From a virus (lineage: Duplodnaviria; Caudoviricetes), in IMG/VR virus record IMGVR_UViG_3300025652_008283, positions 1 through 34,725 of that record: a stretch of 34,725 nucleotides of DNA; one strand, 5' to 3'. The position numbers and the translations under genes were made by a program. Below the pieces are notes generated by a model. It searched no databases, was not told where the DNA came from, and was given only the letters and a program-made list of their open reading frames with translations. Shown here piece by piece: positions 26,720-34,725 of this stretch; positions within the stretch are counted from its first letter, which is position 1; the number at the start of each line of letters is the position of its first letter.

Positions 26720-27814
26720 TTATAAATCTTTAATGTTGGGGCAAAACATTTCATCTAACATATCCATACTTTCTGAAAATTCATCTAAAACAGAATCCCT
26801 GATTAGAGCATAATTTTGGAATAACATTATTGCTGCACCTGATCTTCGTTCTTCAAGACATACCGCATGAAAATAAGAACAAACTAATTTATAAAGCATT
26901 ATTTTATATACCATTTGTTTAAAATAGATATAACTATACTCGTCTTCCTTTAAAAAAGATTCTGCATGATAAGCTTCTAAGAATTTTTTTTCCATAATAG
27001 GGTGTTGGTCTAGTTCTAGTTTGTATGATATAAACGCCAAATCCCAAGCAGGGTGAATAACAAAGGATTGATAAAAATTACATATTTTCATTTTGCCTTC
27101 TCTATTTAAAATAGAGGAGAGGTGAATATCTGTATGGCAAAGACACGAGCAAACTTCCACCAACTGTGTTTTTTGAATATTTATTGATTCTTTAATATCA
27201 TCCAATAAAAACAAGCATTTTTTAAAATATTTTGTTTCCATTAATGATTCATAAGACTCTGGGTTCATAACCTCCTCAAAAGATCCGAAAGAAAGAATAG
27301 AATCTACAAAATATTCCATTTGGTTGTCCTCTTGTTTTGTCGCGTTGTGTATTTTAGCTAATGTAGATGCGAAAACATCAATATTTTCATAAAGGTGGGA
27401 TAGCCCAAGCTCTTTCGAGGACATTGAATTTTCGTAAGAACTTAAAAAATACGAATAATTTTCTGTAGAGCTTGTATTAAAAAATAATGGGGATAAATTT
27501 AATCCTTTTAAGGATTCTAATGCATCACGCTCATTCTTAAAAATGAACGATTCTGACCCTTCTTCTATTTTTATAGCATAACTTAAATTGTCGTATGAAA
27601 ATTTATAGATGTCATAAAAAAAATTATTATCTAACAGTTTAATGCTATTTGTAATTTGTTCAATTTCGGGGAATTTTTCATTTAAATAGAAATCCTCTTG
27701 AAAAATACTTAAAATATATTCTTTTTCAATAGCAGACATAGTTAACCTCTTGGTTTCGCTTGCTACCCTATTAACTAGTAATTGAGAAATATTTAGTTGT
27801 GAACCTTCTTCCAT
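26720..27814 (-). CDS. Aminoglycoside phosphotransferase/choline kinase-like fold protein (degenerate motifs)
   Basis: YAIKI...ERDALESL...LAKIH...CLCHTDIHLSSIL...KICNF...HPAWDLA. Confidence 0.7.
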   Translation of the reverse strand: MEEGSQLNISQLLVNRVASETKRLTMSAIEKEYILSIFQEDFYLNEKFPEIEQITNSIKLLDNNFFYDIYKFSYDNLSYAIKIEEGSESFIFKNERDALESLKGLNLSPLFFNTSSTENYSYFLSSYENSMSSKELGLSHLYENIDVFASTLAKIHNATKQEDNQMEYFVDSILSFGSFEEVMNPESYESLMETKYFKKCLFLLDDIKESINIQKTQLVEVCSCLCHTDIHLSSILNREGKMKICNFYQSFVIHPAWDLAFISYKLELDQHPIMEKKFLEAYHAESFLKEDEYSYIYFKQMVYKIMLYKLVCSYFHAVCLEERRSGAAIMLFQNYALIRDSVLDEFSESMDMLDEMFCPNIKDL

Positions 27815-27819
27815 AGATT

Positions 27820-27848
27820 ATTATACAAAAAAAAGGCGGTATTTCTAC
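27820..27848 (-). promoter_or_regulatory. Sigma70-like promoter GTAGAA-N17-TATAAT, 5 nt before ATG 27814, overlapping a terminator
   Basis: ttctac at 27843-27848 and attata at 27820-27825. Confidence 0.5.
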
Positions 27849-27856
27849 CGCCTTTT
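27827..27856 (-). terminator. Rho-independent terminator
   Basis: Minus strand reads AAAAGGCGGTA-GAAA-TACCGCC-TTTTTTTT, directly after the stop of 27860-28069. Confidence 0.88.
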
Positions 27857-27859
27857 GAT

Positions 27860-28069
27860 TTAGATCTTAGTCTTACCCATTGAGAGCGTTTTAAGGCTCG
27901 TCTTGGCAAACTTTCGAATCTCCTTGGCGTTTCGATCTCGAACTACCACATAATTGGGAGTCTCGCGCACAAATTGTGCGTTGAGTGTTTCACCTTGTTG
28001 AGTAGTGAGGCCGAAAAAACGGCCACCACTAGCGCTAATTGCTTTTACAATACGGTTTGTCTTATTCAT
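27860..28069 (-). CDS. Small basic hypothetical protein
   Basis: 69 aa, beta-rich, followed by a strong terminator. Confidence 0.75.
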   Translation of the reverse strand: MNKTNRIVKAISASGGRFFGLTTQQGETLNAQFVRETPNYVVVRDRNAKEIRKFAKTSLKTLSMGKTKI

Positions 28070-28090
28070 TTTATTTATTTTGTTTATCTG

Positions 28091-29587
28091 TTAAAAACCT
28101 ATTCTGCCAGAAGATGGCACATTTTTATTTTCTTTGATGTTTTCCTTCGAAGTATTTAACTTATGAGCAAATATATCATATATTGTATCCATGTCAACAT
28201 TAAAAGTTTTATTTTTCAAACTTTCTCCCCATTTTTCTAAGATTTTTACATACTTCCCGTGGAATTTATCATAGTCGGTGTTTTTTTGAAAATCTAAGTC
28301 TACGAGTTGTTCTTCCATGTCTTTTGCTTTTTGTGGGCGAACCATGTTTACTTTTTTTGTTTTAGCTCCTGATTCATCTATAATGTCAAAAGCTTTATCT
28401 GGGAATTTTTTATTACTTAAATAAATATCACATAGCTCTACAATTTTTGCTAACAGTTCTTCGCTATATTCTACTTGGTGAAATTTTTCATAAGATTTCT
28501 TAGCCACCTTTAAAAGCTCAAAAGTTTCTTCTTTGGTGGGTTCATTTACATTGATTAATTCAAATCTACGACTTAGCGCTGCGTCATTTTTAAAAAAACG
28601 GTTATACTCGTCTTTGGTTGTCGCCCCAATGCAAGATATGTTTCCTCTTGATAAGGCTGGCTTTAGTATATTGGCGAAATCTAAGCTACCTTCTGAGCTA
28701 CCAGCACCGACTATAGTATGAATTTCGTCGATAAATAAAATATAATGATCTTCCGCTGATAGGTGTTCTAATATTTTTTTAAGTTTTTCTTCCATCTGGC
28801 CCCTATAAATAGTTCCAGACATTACAGAAGTTAGGTCTAACGAGAGTATATTTTTATGCAATAAAAGATCTGGACATTCTCTCTTTAAGATTTTCTCAGC
28901 CATACCTTCGACGATTGCAGTCTTCCCAACTCCAGCTTCCCCCACTAATATAACGTTGCTTTTGTTTTTGCGCAATAGTATTTCAAAAATTCTTTCAATC
29001 TCATCATCTCTACCAAAAATTTCAAAGTCACCTTTATTGGCTATTTTTTCGTTAAGGTTTTCACACCATCCCTCTATTTCGGATGAGGGGTTTTCTTGTT
29101 GCGCTTTGTTTGTGCCAATGGTTAATGCAACTTTTTCTTTCGGAATGCCATTTTTTATTATTTTTTTTAAATCATCAATTAATTTAATTAAGTCTATATT
29201 TAAATGAATTAAAAATTCAGCAATTTCTTCTCTTGTGCTAAGTATAGAAACTAAGATATGGTCTATACCAATAAACTCATCTTTGAGCCTAGATGCTAAT
29301 TTTTGAGAGTTGTTTAAAATTTCTAATATCTCTGGTGCATATATTTTTTTCTTTCTTTTGGGTTCTTTGTAATTTTCTACAGCGTATTCTATGCCTTGGA
29401 TAATCCCGTCCTTAATTAAGTTATTAGACGTTATAGCAAAATCTATACTATTATGATCCAACCTAAGTATAGATAACAAAAGATGCAAATCAATGACTTT
29501 AAGATGCTCAAATTCTTCAGCTACAGATATTGAGTCTTTGATCGCTTTTTGCGCGGAAGGTGTGAAGTTAAAGTTGGATAGATCCAT
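28091..29587 (-). CDS. ClpA/ClpC-like AAA+ protein: Clp_N repeats plus first ATPase domain only
   Basis: FTPSAQKAI...HLLL; GRDDEI; Walker A GEAGVGKT; YRGQMEE; Walker B ILFIDEIH; LKPALSRG; GATT; RRF; FPDKAFDIIDE; ends in RIGF. Confidence 0.9.
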   Translation of the reverse strand: MDLSNFNFTPSAQKAIKDSISVAEEFEHLKVIDLHLLLSILRLDHNSIDFAITSNNLIKDGIIQGIEYAVENYKEPKRKKKIYAPEILEILNNSQKLASRLKDEFIGIDHILVSILSTREEIAEFLIHLNIDLIKLIDDLKKIIKNGIPKEKVALTIGTNKAQQENPSSEIEGWCENLNEKIANKGDFEIFGRDDEIERIFEILLRKNKSNVILVGEAGVGKTAIVEGMAEKILKRECPDLLLHKNILSLDLTSVMSGTIYRGQMEEKLKKILEHLSAEDHYILFIDEIHTIVGAGSSEGSLDFANILKPALSRGNISCIGATTKDEYNRFFKNDAALSRRFELINVNEPTKEETFELLKVAKKSYEKFHQVEYSEELLAKIVELCDIYLSNKKFPDKAFDIIDESGAKTKKVNMVRPQKAKDMEEQLVDLDFQKNTDYDKFHGKYVKILEKWGESLKNKTFNVDMDTIYDIFAHKLNTSKENIKENKNVPSSGRIGF

Positions 29588-32157
29588 TATTTGATTTCAG
29601 ATAGTTTTGTGTAAATTTTTTCATCGAGAATGGTAATGCTATCACCAAATATAATATCTTCCCCTTTGCTGCCATAAATAAACACAATTTGTTCTTCTTT
29701 GGGTTTTTTACCTCCATTGTTTAAATAATTATCTAACGTGGCGGAGCGTCTATTATTCATAAGCATAAAATCAATTGTACCAAAGTCATCTTGTATTTCT
29801 ACTCTCATATATTTATTTCCTGCCGCACTTGTTCTGGAGATACAATCAGTCACGACCCCTACTAGTTTTACCCTGTCGTTGTTATTGACAGACTTTAATT
29901 GAATAGTATCGCATAGATCGCCAGAATTTTCAAAGACATCTTTAATCTGTGTTGAGTGGCTATAGCCAAGATATTTGCGCTCAAAAAACCAATTAGCAAA
30001 CTTTAAATGATCTTTGTTCTTTTCGTAAATCTTTTTGTATCCGTCGTATTTCTTTTTAAATGTGTTAAATCTAGAATCTTTCATTAACGGTTTGCCATCG
30101 TCGGCTACTAGGGAGTCTTTCACGACAGAATGGATGGATTTTAATACATCGTAATCAAACCTCTTTCCTAATTCTACAAAATTACGCTTTTCTCTATCCG
30201 TTAGAATATTAAACGCCTGAGCTTCTAGCACTAAGCGACAACGGTTTGGGATGGCTGCCTTTGAGTCACAAAAAGAATCCATCATTCCCCCTTGGACTAA
30301 TCCAGATAGCACACCAATATTTAAACCAGACTGCTTGGCTGTGAGGAATACGTCATACTTATTCTGACTGGTGTCTTGAGACTTACGAAATTCGACTAAG
30401 CTTTCTAGGGTTTTTTCAGAAACTCCCTTGATGCTGTTGACACCGAACCTGATGTCGCGACCTTCAATCTCAAACATGATGTCGGATTTAGATAAATCAG
30501 GTGGCAAGAGTTTCATATTAAAAAGACATAGCTCTTGATTAATTAATGAAATTTCAGCATGAGAATCTGGTTCATGTTTTGTCATCCTTAACAAACTCAA
30601 GAAAAACTCCTGTGGGTGTTTGAATTTAAGGTAAGTTGTGATTGCCGCCAAAATAGCATAACTAATTGAGTGGGATTTATTGAACGAGTAATTAGCTGAG
30701 TCTTCTGCAACCTTCCACAAGACTTCGCCTACCTGTTCATCTAAATTGTTTTCCTGAATCTTGGCCGCAATCTTATCTTTCCATTTAGACATTTGTTCCA
30801 CCTTCTTCTTGCCGACTATTCGTCTCAGCTGCTCAGACTCATCTAAGGTGAAGCCAACCTTAACAGCCATCTTCATTAGCTGCTCTTGGTATAGTGGAAT
30901 ACCTCCAGTATAGGAAAGAATCTCGTCAAAGTGTTCGTTCACTGATTGAAACTCTCCTGTGCTAACATATTCGCTGTATACATCCAAGTAATCAAGCGCA
31001 CCAGGACGAGCGATAGCCACAACCGCAGATAGTTCTTCTAGATTTCTTGGTGAAACTTTCTTACAAACTTTGAAGTTGGTATTAGCTTCGATTTGGAACA
31101 ATCCTTTAGGGGCTTCAATATTCTTGAAGTTTTCATAAATCTCTGGAAGCTCTACATCAATATCTTCCATTTTGATGCCAAGCTGTTTGCACGTTTCATG
31201 CACAACAGAAAGAGTGCGCAAGCCCAAAATATCAAACTTAACCATCAAAGCTGCAACATCATTCATATCATAAGCTGAAATAAGATCGCCGTCACCAGTT
31301 CTCTGCATAGGCATAATTTCTTCAACATTATAAAAGCTGATTGCAATGCCAGATGGGTGGACTCCTGTATTTTTATTTAGACCTTCTAATTTTTTAGCTA
31401 TTCTGTATACTTTTGCGTTTTTATCCGCAAATTCTTTAAACTTTTCACTCTCTTCGTAGGCTACATCTAGTTTAGCTACCTTGCCAAACTGTTTAGGTAT
31501 AATAGAGCTAACACTATTTACATCATCTTCAGATAATTCTCCAACAATTTTACCGCACTCTTTAACGCATAGCTTACTACTTAAAGTATTTAGTGTTAAA
31601 ATTTTACAAGTTCTTCCTTTGTGTTTTGTTTCAATATATTTAATCACTTCTTGGCGGCGATCATAAGAAATATCATTATCAACATCAGCTAGGAGCGAAC
31701 CATCAAGATAGGTAATACCATCAACAATTGTTTGTTTGGCTCGGCTCTTCGAAACAAATCTTTCAAAGAAAAGATCATATTTGATTGAGTCAACATTTGT
31801 AACTCTTAACAAGTATAATACCAAAGATCCTGCGGCAGATCCTCGTCCTGGACCCGTGGGTATTCCATTTTCGTGACAATAATTAAGAACATCCCAATTC
31901 AATAATATATATTCAACGAAACCAAGCTCTTCTAAAACAGAAAGCTCCATTTTTACTCGATCATAGTATTTTTGCTTATTATCTAATAAGTCAATACCTC
32001 TATCTTTTACGCCTTTCAAGCATAGCTTTCTCAACAAGTCAAAGTTAGATGTTCCTTTCGGGATGCCTAACTCTTTATAGTGCTTGTCATCTACTTCAAT
32101 CTCGGGGAGTCTTACCCCAACTGGCATAGGTTGCTTGTATGGTTTTAATTGTAACAT
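29587..32157 (-). CDS. dnaE: DNA polymerase III alpha subunit (DnaE-type) lacking most of the PHP domain
   Basis: GPGRGSAAGSLV; LFFERFVS; DVDND; GVHPSGI; KFDILGLRTL; RPG; YQEQLM; YSFNKSH; C-terminal OB fold. Confidence 0.95.
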   Translation of the reverse strand: MLQLKPYKQPMPVGVRLPEIEVDDKHYKELGIPKGTSNFDLLRKLCLKGVKDRGIDLLDNKQKYYDRVKMELSVLEELGFVEYILLNWDVLNYCHENGIPTGPGRGSAAGSLVLYLLRVTNVDSIKYDLFFERFVSKSRAKQTIVDGITYLDGSLLADVDNDISYDRRQEVIKYIETKHKGRTCKILTLNTLSSKLCVKECGKIVGELSEDDVNSVSSIIPKQFGKVAKLDVAYEESEKFKEFADKNAKVYRIAKKLEGLNKNTGVHPSGIAISFYNVEEIMPMQRTGDGDLISAYDMNDVAALMVKFDILGLRTLSVVHETCKQLGIKMEDIDVELPEIYENFKNIEAPKGLFQIEANTNFKVCKKVSPRNLEELSAVVAIARPGALDYLDVYSEYVSTGEFQSVNEHFDEILSYTGGIPLYQEQLMKMAVKVGFTLDESEQLRRIVGKKKVEQMSKWKDKIAAKIQENNLDEQVGEVLWKVAEDSANYSFNKSHSISYAILAAITTYLKFKHPQEFFLSLLRMTKHEPDSHAEISLINQELCLFNMKLLPPDLSKSDIMFEIEGRDIRFGVNSIKGVSEKTLESLVEFRKSQDTSQNKYDVFLTAKQSGLNIGVLSGLVQGGMMDSFCDSKAAIPNRCRLVLEAQAFNILTDREKRNFVELGKRFDYDVLKSIHSVVKDSLVADDGKPLMKDSRFNTFKKKYDGYKKIYEKNKDHLKFANWFFERKYLGYSHSTQIKDVFENSGDLCDTIQLKSVNNNDRVKLVGVVTDCISRTSAAGNKYMRVEIQDDFGTIDFMLMNNRRSATLDNYLNNGGKKPKEEQIVFIYGSKGEDIIFGDSITILDEKIYTKLSEIK

Positions 32158-32164
32158 ATACCGT

Positions 32165-32192
32165 ATTATAGGTATAGTTTTACAAATAGCAA
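32165..32192 (-). promoter_or_regulatory. Sigma70-like promoter TTGCTA-N16-TATAAT, 7 nt before the dnaE ATG
   Basis: tagcaa at 32187-32192 and attata at 32165-32170. Confidence 0.6.
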
Positions 32193-32193
32193 G

Positions 32194-32823
32194 TTAAAAA
32201 AGGTAATAAAATGGAACAAAAACACCTAACAGCGCTTTTTTAAATTTTGGAAATTTATTAGTCAATTTAGATACTAACCACATTATCGGGCGAGCATAGC
32301 AATTTATATAAATTTTAATAAATTTATTACATAAAAAGTGTTGTTTGTGTTGGCGTTTATTAATGAAACATTCTTGGGTATCGCTTTGGTCTGTTTTTCT
32401 ATCTATATTATCTGATTTGGTGCATTTAACACATTTAGACTTAACTAAGAACCCGTTAATAAACGAAAGCTCAAACAGAACATACCAATCTTTATTTGAA
32501 AAATCTATATAAGTGTCTGAAAAAATATTAATTTTACCAGAAAAGCATTCATCAATCCAGTACTCACCCTTTGTTTTTATGGCGCTCCTGATTGGTTTAT
32601 CGTTATCGCACACGTACTCATACTCCTCAAAGTATTGAGACTTAAGACTGCCCTCAAAAGACACCATATAATCGCTCGCAGAGCTATCAAGATCCCTAGT
32701 CCTAAAGCTATTATTTGTTTTTATTAAGCAAATAACTTCATTGGGGACTTCTGTTTTGCCCCAATCAATGTTTTGAATAAATTTTTCTACGCTTTCAAAC
32801 AAAACTGTGTCGGACATATCCAT
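32194..32823 (-). CDS. Hypothetical phage protein
   Basis: 209-aa ORF filling the gap between the exonuclease and dnaE; has its own GTGTAA motif. Confidence 0.7.
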   Translation of the reverse strand: MDMSDTVLFESVEKFIQNIDWGKTEVPNEVICLIKTNNSFRTRDLDSSASDYMVSFEGSLKSQYFEEYEYVCDNDKPIRSAIKTKGEYWIDECFSGKINIFSDTYIDFSNKDWYVLFELSFINGFLVKSKCVKCTKSDNIDRKTDQSDTQECFINKRQHKQHFLCNKFIKIYINCYARPIMWLVSKLTNKFPKFKKALLGVFVPFYYLF

Positions 32824-32831
32824 AAACTATG

Positions 32832-32837
32832 TTACAC
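32832..32837 (-). promoter_or_regulatory. GTGTAA motif, 8 nt before ATG 32823
   Basis: Minus strand reads GTGTAA CATAGTTT ATG. Confidence 0.5.
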
Positions 32838-32839
32838 GT

Positions 32840-33472
32840 TTATACGTCCAATTCCCACAGCTGTTTTTGAAATATTTCAAAATTCTTTTCGATGTCATAT
32901 AAAGCATCATGCAACTGATTCTCATCAAAAGGAATCTCATAATGCTGCAATAAGAACTTCTGGTTAGTCTTTAAGCCTCTTTCTCTGTAGTTTAGATACC
33001 TAAGCTGCCAAGTTAACATATCGTCCTTGTCTGGAGTCTTATTGCCTTTAGCGAGAGCTGTGGCAATGACCTTGGTGTCGAGAATGCGGCTAATGAAAGA
33101 GTAATCAATCTCAATACCAAGATTTCGGGCGATAACTCCTAGCATATATATATCATATCCTAACAAATTTTGGCCAACGATTATAACATCCTCATCCATA
33201 ATTAGGTCAATAAACTCTTTATAAACCTTTTCAGGGTCTTCTGCCTTGCTTAAATATTCTTTTTTATTAAACCCTGTAATTCTAGCCGCATCATCCGATA
33301 CGTTTAAGTCATCCCACTTAAGAAAGCGGTTTTGCTTTTTTACTATTTTTTTACCCTTAGCTTCAATCCAAGCTAATTGCCAAGGTTTTGATGATACAAG
33401 GTTTAAGCCTTCGGTCTCGGTATCAAAGATAATATATTTTTGATCGAATTTAAATCTTAATAGATCTTCCAT
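32840..33472 (-). CDS. DEDDh 3'-5' exonuclease (DnaQ/epsilon-like)
   Basis: IIFDTETEGL; GQNLLGYD; ILDT; LHDALYD. The start is probably ATG 33472 (TAATG overlap, AAGGAGG upstream) rather than TTG 33490. Confidence 0.88.
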   Translation of the reverse strand: MEDLLRFKFDQKYIIFDTETEGLNLVSSKPWQLAWIEAKGKKIVKKQNRFLKWDDLNVSDDAARITGFNKKEYLSKAEDPEKVYKEFIDLIMDEDVIIVGQNLLGYDIYMLGVIARNLGIEIDYSFISRILDTKVIATALAKGNKTPDKDDMLTWQLRYLNYRERGLKTNQKFLLQHYEIPFDENQLHDALYDIEKNFEIFQKQLWELDV

Positions 33473-34152
33473 TATTTTTCCTCCTTCCAAGATTCAACAC
33501 AAAAACTATCAGACCCGAAATGATCTAAACGAGGATTACTTATACTCGCTTGTCGCCCAGGCTGGCGATTACAAATACACTTATATGTTTGGAATGCCTC
33601 AACATCTTCTTTGTTTTCATAATATATGGATTTAGCTTTTATCATTTTTTTGTTCGGTTCGTTTGCAATATACTGCTCAATCTTTTGTTTAAGTAGGAAA
33701 TCAAAGGGAAGGTTATTGTTTTCGACAATAAAACTCATTTCGTCTGGCAGTGATGGCATACAATTAGCAAACGTTGTAAGGTTTTTATGTAAAAATGAAT
33801 CATAAAAGGGGACAACGAACTTTAAGTTTTTAAAACTTTCCCAAGGTGTCTTTAATTTTTCGCCAGAACTCTGAGTACATAGACTATATAACTCTTTGCA
33901 GCCCTCGTCCCCATCTGCGAAGGCTATAATTTTGCTTTCTGATTCGGGGTTTTCATCTTTGTTAAAGATGGGTAGACGCAAACCGAAGCGCATTCTATCC
34001 CCAAAAAGCCTGAAAGCTGCTGGAAAACCAGTCATAGAGTCTTCTACAAAATAAACCTCTTCGAGATTATTGTCTGTAGCTATTCTATCTACGTCGTCGA
34101 GTCGGAGTATACTGTTACCGATTGAGAAGTGAGTTTTAAATAAAGGAATCAT
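33472..34152 (-). CDS. Detached, degenerate PHP domain of DNA polymerase III alpha
   Basis: MIPLFKTHFSIGNSIL...VYFVEDSMTGF...FGLRL...KIIAFA...GCKELYSLCTQS...IYYENKEDVEAF follows the DnaE N-terminal PHP pattern. Confidence 0.75.
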   Translation of the reverse strand: MIPLFKTHFSIGNSILRLDDVDRIATDNNLEEVYFVEDSMTGFPAAFRLFGDRMRFGLRLPIFNKDENPESESKIIAFADGDEGCKELYSLCTQSSGEKLKTPWESFKNLKFVVPFYDSFLHKNLTTFANCMPSLPDEMSFIVENNNLPFDFLLKQKIEQYIANEPNKKMIKAKSIYYENKEDVEAFQTYKCICNRQPGRQASISNPRLDHFGSDSFCVESWKEEK

Positions 34153-34158
34153 TCAGGT

Positions 34159-34187
34159 ATTAAACAATACTAACCTCGTTTTGTCAA
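34159..34187 (-). promoter_or_regulatory. Sigma70-like promoter TTGACA-N17-TTTAAT, 6 nt before ATG 34152
   Basis: tgtcaa at 34182-34187 and attaaa at 34159-34164. Confidence 0.65.
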
Positions 34188-34725
34188 GTGTTTTGGACAA
34201 CCTTCGTAATATTTTATTTCATAGCTACCTTCTTCTGGAACCATTTCTGCATTAAAATCTTCTTGAAAGCAGGACGAAACAAATTCACCATCCTTGTTTT
34301 TTATTTCAGCATAAAAGAAATCAAACTTATATGGGCAATGCCACATTACAGTTCCATCTTTTTTGAGTTGGCCCTTCTCTTTGGCAAAGCCGCATTGAAG
34401 TTTACCGCCGAAAGAGCCGTCTGACGGAAACCCTTTATCTGCTGCAAAGTTTGCTACTGCGTCATTTTCGTTGAAATTTTCTAAATAATCTTGGACAGAT
34501 GCCAGTTGAAGTTCAAAGCCCTCCAAGTCATCTTCTTCGATAGGGTCCATCTTCATTAACCCGTTTTTATTTAAATCAAATTTTAAAAATAAGAATTCCG
34601 AAGTTCTGTTGACATATTCTGGAAATAAATGTTTTACCGCCAAACAATACATATAGTCTTGGAGGTTGTCTTCTTTTTCCTTACCTTCAAACATTTTCTT
34701 ACTAGTCTTATAATCTCGGATGATG
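34170..34725 (-). CDS. PD-(D/E)XK (RecB/Cas4-like) nuclease, 5' partial
   Basis: The frame is open upstream of the track's Met 34694 to the window end and reads IIRDYKTSKKMF...; then Q..MY.LA, and C-terminal Cys residues (QCGF, HCPY, GCP). Confidence 0.8.
   Translation of the reverse strand, partial: IIRDYKTSKKMFEGKEKEDNLQDYMYCLAVKHLFPEYVNRTSEFLFLKFDLNKNGLMKMDPIEEDDLEGFELQLASVQDYLENFNENDAVANFAADKGFPSDGSFGGKLQCGFAKEKGQLKKDGTVMWHCPYKFDFFYAEIKNKDGEFVSSCFQEDFNAEMVPEEGSYEIKYYEGCPKHLTKRG

Noticed and set aside
6188-34424. Remaining short opposite-strand or alternate-frame ORFs in the track (e.g. 10305-10805, 13375-13623, 18675-18956, 28956-29207)
   Set aside because: They are nested in well-supported genes and show no motifs or initiation signals.
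34170-34725. Cas4 as evidence of a CRISPR-Cas system
   Set aside because: Solo PD-(D/E)XK/Cas4-like nucleases are common in phage replication modules, and there is no array or other cas gene.
1-34725. Alternative genetic code (stop-codon reassignment)
   Set aside because: Genes tile densely under the standard bacterial code, and TAA, TAG and TGA are all used as stops.

Overview
This is an AT-rich fragment of a large tailed dsDNA phage genome; I see no rRNA, tRNA or CRISPR array. It has four blocks. (1) 1-6167, minus strand: five tandem BspA/TpLRR-type leucine-rich-repeat genes, one truncated by the window edge and missing from the ORF track. They share a ~45-aa N-terminal 'MxxK(K/R)I(S/T)xLxE...N(L/F/M)PLS' module and carry GC-rich, partly nucleotide-identical repeat units with variable positions. 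(2) 6217-10050, minus strand: a small-enzyme cluster with two GNAT-like genes, four Fe(II)/2OG-dioxygenase-like genes and a stand-alone riboflavin-kinase-like gene. (3) 10084-22582, plus strand: a lambda-like tail-tip island with gpL, a JAB-only gpK, two gpI and two gpJ paralogs carrying different inserted sugar-binding-like domains. (4) 22574-34725, minus strand: putative ssDNA-annealing and Whirly-like proteins, GT4 and split-GT9 glycosyltransferases, an APH-like kinase fold, a single-ring Clp ATPase, a split DnaE (PHP / exonuclease / polymerase) and a partial PD-(D/E)XK nuclease. Two promoter-like classes sit 5-10 nt before start codons: a GTGTAA motif, mostly before putative structural genes, and sigma70-like boxes before replication genes. 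The best candidate for an undescribed system is the anchor+LRR array, a possible virion-displayed, recombination-diversified binding repertoire. All family calls come from motif recognition by eye, not database searches.
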